The notes beneath the pieces were generated by a model that did not search any database, had not been told where the DNA came from, and saw nothing but the letters and a program-made list of their open reading frames with translations. From assembly GCA_902779705.1 (NCBI GenBank), contig CACZCR010000009.1:1684-65683 (forward strand): a DNA stretch of 64,000 bases, written 5' to 3'. Shown here in pieces: positions 62,919 through 64,000 of the stretch; the first letter of the stretch is position 1, and each line of letters begins with the position of its first letter. Position numbers and translations under genes: made by a program. Origin of the DNA: an uncultured Bacteroidales bacterium. Lineage in GTDB: Bacteria; Bacteroidota; Bacteroidia; Bacteroidales; Paludibacteraceae.

Positions 62919-63791
62919 TCATTTGTCTTTGATAAATTTTGTATTTCTTTTTGCTTCTCGCCATGGACGCCAATCCGGTTTCAAGATATCGTATTGGTCC
63001 AAGCCAAATTTATATGACAGCGACTGAAGTTCGATAAATTCTCTTACTTCGCCATACCGTACCACATCCGGTTGTCCTAATTTCTCGAAATACCGAAGAG
63101 TTAACATATTGACCAGCGATTCCTCCATGAGCACTTCTCTTTCCGAGAAGCCATTAACCATCCTAATTAATGGTTGGTATTTATTACTTTCCGTCTTTGT
63201 CGGATTCATTAGTGCGTGCGCCAAAGCATGAACTAGAACAACTACGTACAATTCTCTGGAAGTAATGTGCCTATGTTGTTTTTGCAACTCTGCCGGAGCA
63301 TTAATTATTCTTTCCGGGCACAATATGATTTCGGAGTTATAAGAATCATAGTAGCCGTAATATTCTGTTGGGAAATCGGTTATATTATATAAACAATCAG
63401 GTTTGCTATTATAGTAAGGCATGTTATCTTCAGCAACTACTCGCAACTGGATCTTTGTCCCCAAATTATTCACATCATCCTCATCGATACCCATCGTCTT
63501 ATAGATATCGGCAATACGTTCGTAAGGAATCTCCTTCGAATAACTATTTTCACCTTTTAGTAGGGTTAAAAGATCTTTCTCTTCCGTTTCATTCAATGTC
63601 CCAGCACATAATTTAACGATTAATTTATCTAAATAAATGCGATGTCCTATAACATCATCAGTATCGACAATATCTGCAACTAGCGGCTCATTGTCTATAT
63701 TAACATTGCCATTTTTATCTTCAAAATCATCCAATGATAAGCAAACAGGATAAAGGCTTTCTGTCGGTAAGAATGATAATTTATTAATCAT
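62919..63791 (-). CDS. Hypothetical protein (290 aa) with HxxxH (VHALAHAL) motif
   Basis: The ORF contains VVLVHALAHALMNP followed by EESLVN, a zincin-like layout that lacks the catalytic Glu of HExxH. Confidence 0.5.
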   Translation of the reverse strand: MINKLSFLPTESLYPVCLSLDDFEDKNGNVNIDNEPLVADIVDTDDVIGHRIYLDKLIVKLCAGTLNETEEKDLLTLLKGENSYSKEIPYERIADIYKTMGIDEDDVNNLGTKIQLRVVAEDNMPYYNSKPDCLYNITDFPTEYYGYYDSYNSEIILCPERIINAPAELQKQHRHITSRELYVVVLVHALAHALMNPTKTESNKYQPLIRMVNGFSEREVLMEESLVNMLTLRYFEKLGQPDVVRYGEVREFIELQSLSYKFGLDQYDILKPDWRPWREAKRNTKFIKDK

Positions 63792-63851
63792 AGTATTATA
63801 ATTTAAAATTTCGCCTACTATTTATACGATTTTGGGCTTACTCCGTTTTTC

Positions 63852-64000
63852 CTATTCATGGATTTTAATAGAATATCTTGCTGCCAACTCTTTTCTTTGT
63901 TCGGCATCTGTGCAAGAAAAATTGCCTGCAGCAGGATGCCACTCGAGTTCCTCGTCCTCGCTGTATATAAACACATCAAAACGAGCTGTTATAAACCCAT
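63852..64000 (-). CDS. Hypothetical protein, C-terminal part only (5' end outside the window)
   Basis: Open minus-strand frame ...FITARFDVFIYSEDEELEWHPAAGNFSCTDAEQRKELAARYSIKIHE-stop (TAG at 63852-63854). Confidence 0.4.
   Translation of the reverse strand, partial: GFITARFDVFIYSEDEELEWHPAAGNFSCTDAEQRKELAARYSIKIHE

Overview
This window looks like a Bacteroidales (phylum Bacteroidota) chromosomal segment. The evidence is repeated -33 TTTG / 20-nt spacer / -7 TAnnTTTG promoters, no Shine-Dalgarno sequences, and a typical gene set: type III glutamine synthetase, PPi-dependent phosphofructokinase, LL-DAP aminotransferase, and the DUF6089-uppS-bamA-ompH-ompH arrangement. Most of it is housekeeping core: recA, eno, glmS, murF, tyrS, gdhA, nrdDG, menA/ubiE, nth, pth, rplY and tRNA-Gln. 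Four visibly more AT-rich accessory patches interrupt the core. (1) 1-7300 holds a RAYT-like fragment, an AAA ATPase, an ORF6N protein and a fused type IIG restriction-modification enzyme whose specificity region has a different base composition. (2) 30083-34575 and 46717-48885 encode a family of signal-peptide proteins that share a C-terminal ~25-40 aa motif. (3) 41100-45050 holds a DUF262/DUF1524 (GmrSD-like) nuclease cassette next to a Y1/HUH RAYT-like gene bracketed by ATCCGCCAT-NN-ATGGCGGAT palindromes (a REP-like array). (4) 59637-64000 is a tightly packed operon of at least 8 small, mostly unrecognisable genes. The most unusual signal is a pervasive set of degenerate short-period tandem word arrays with periods of about 7, 8, 11 and 17-23 nt. 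They sit in intergenic DNA and also lie frame-preserving inside essential genes (murF, glmS, glnA, dapF, nrdG, an FAD oxidoreductase and a PEP-binding enzyme), where they add short peptide segments. I found no CRISPR array, rRNA gene or integrase. All calls come from reading the sequence and remembering protein families; no searches were run.
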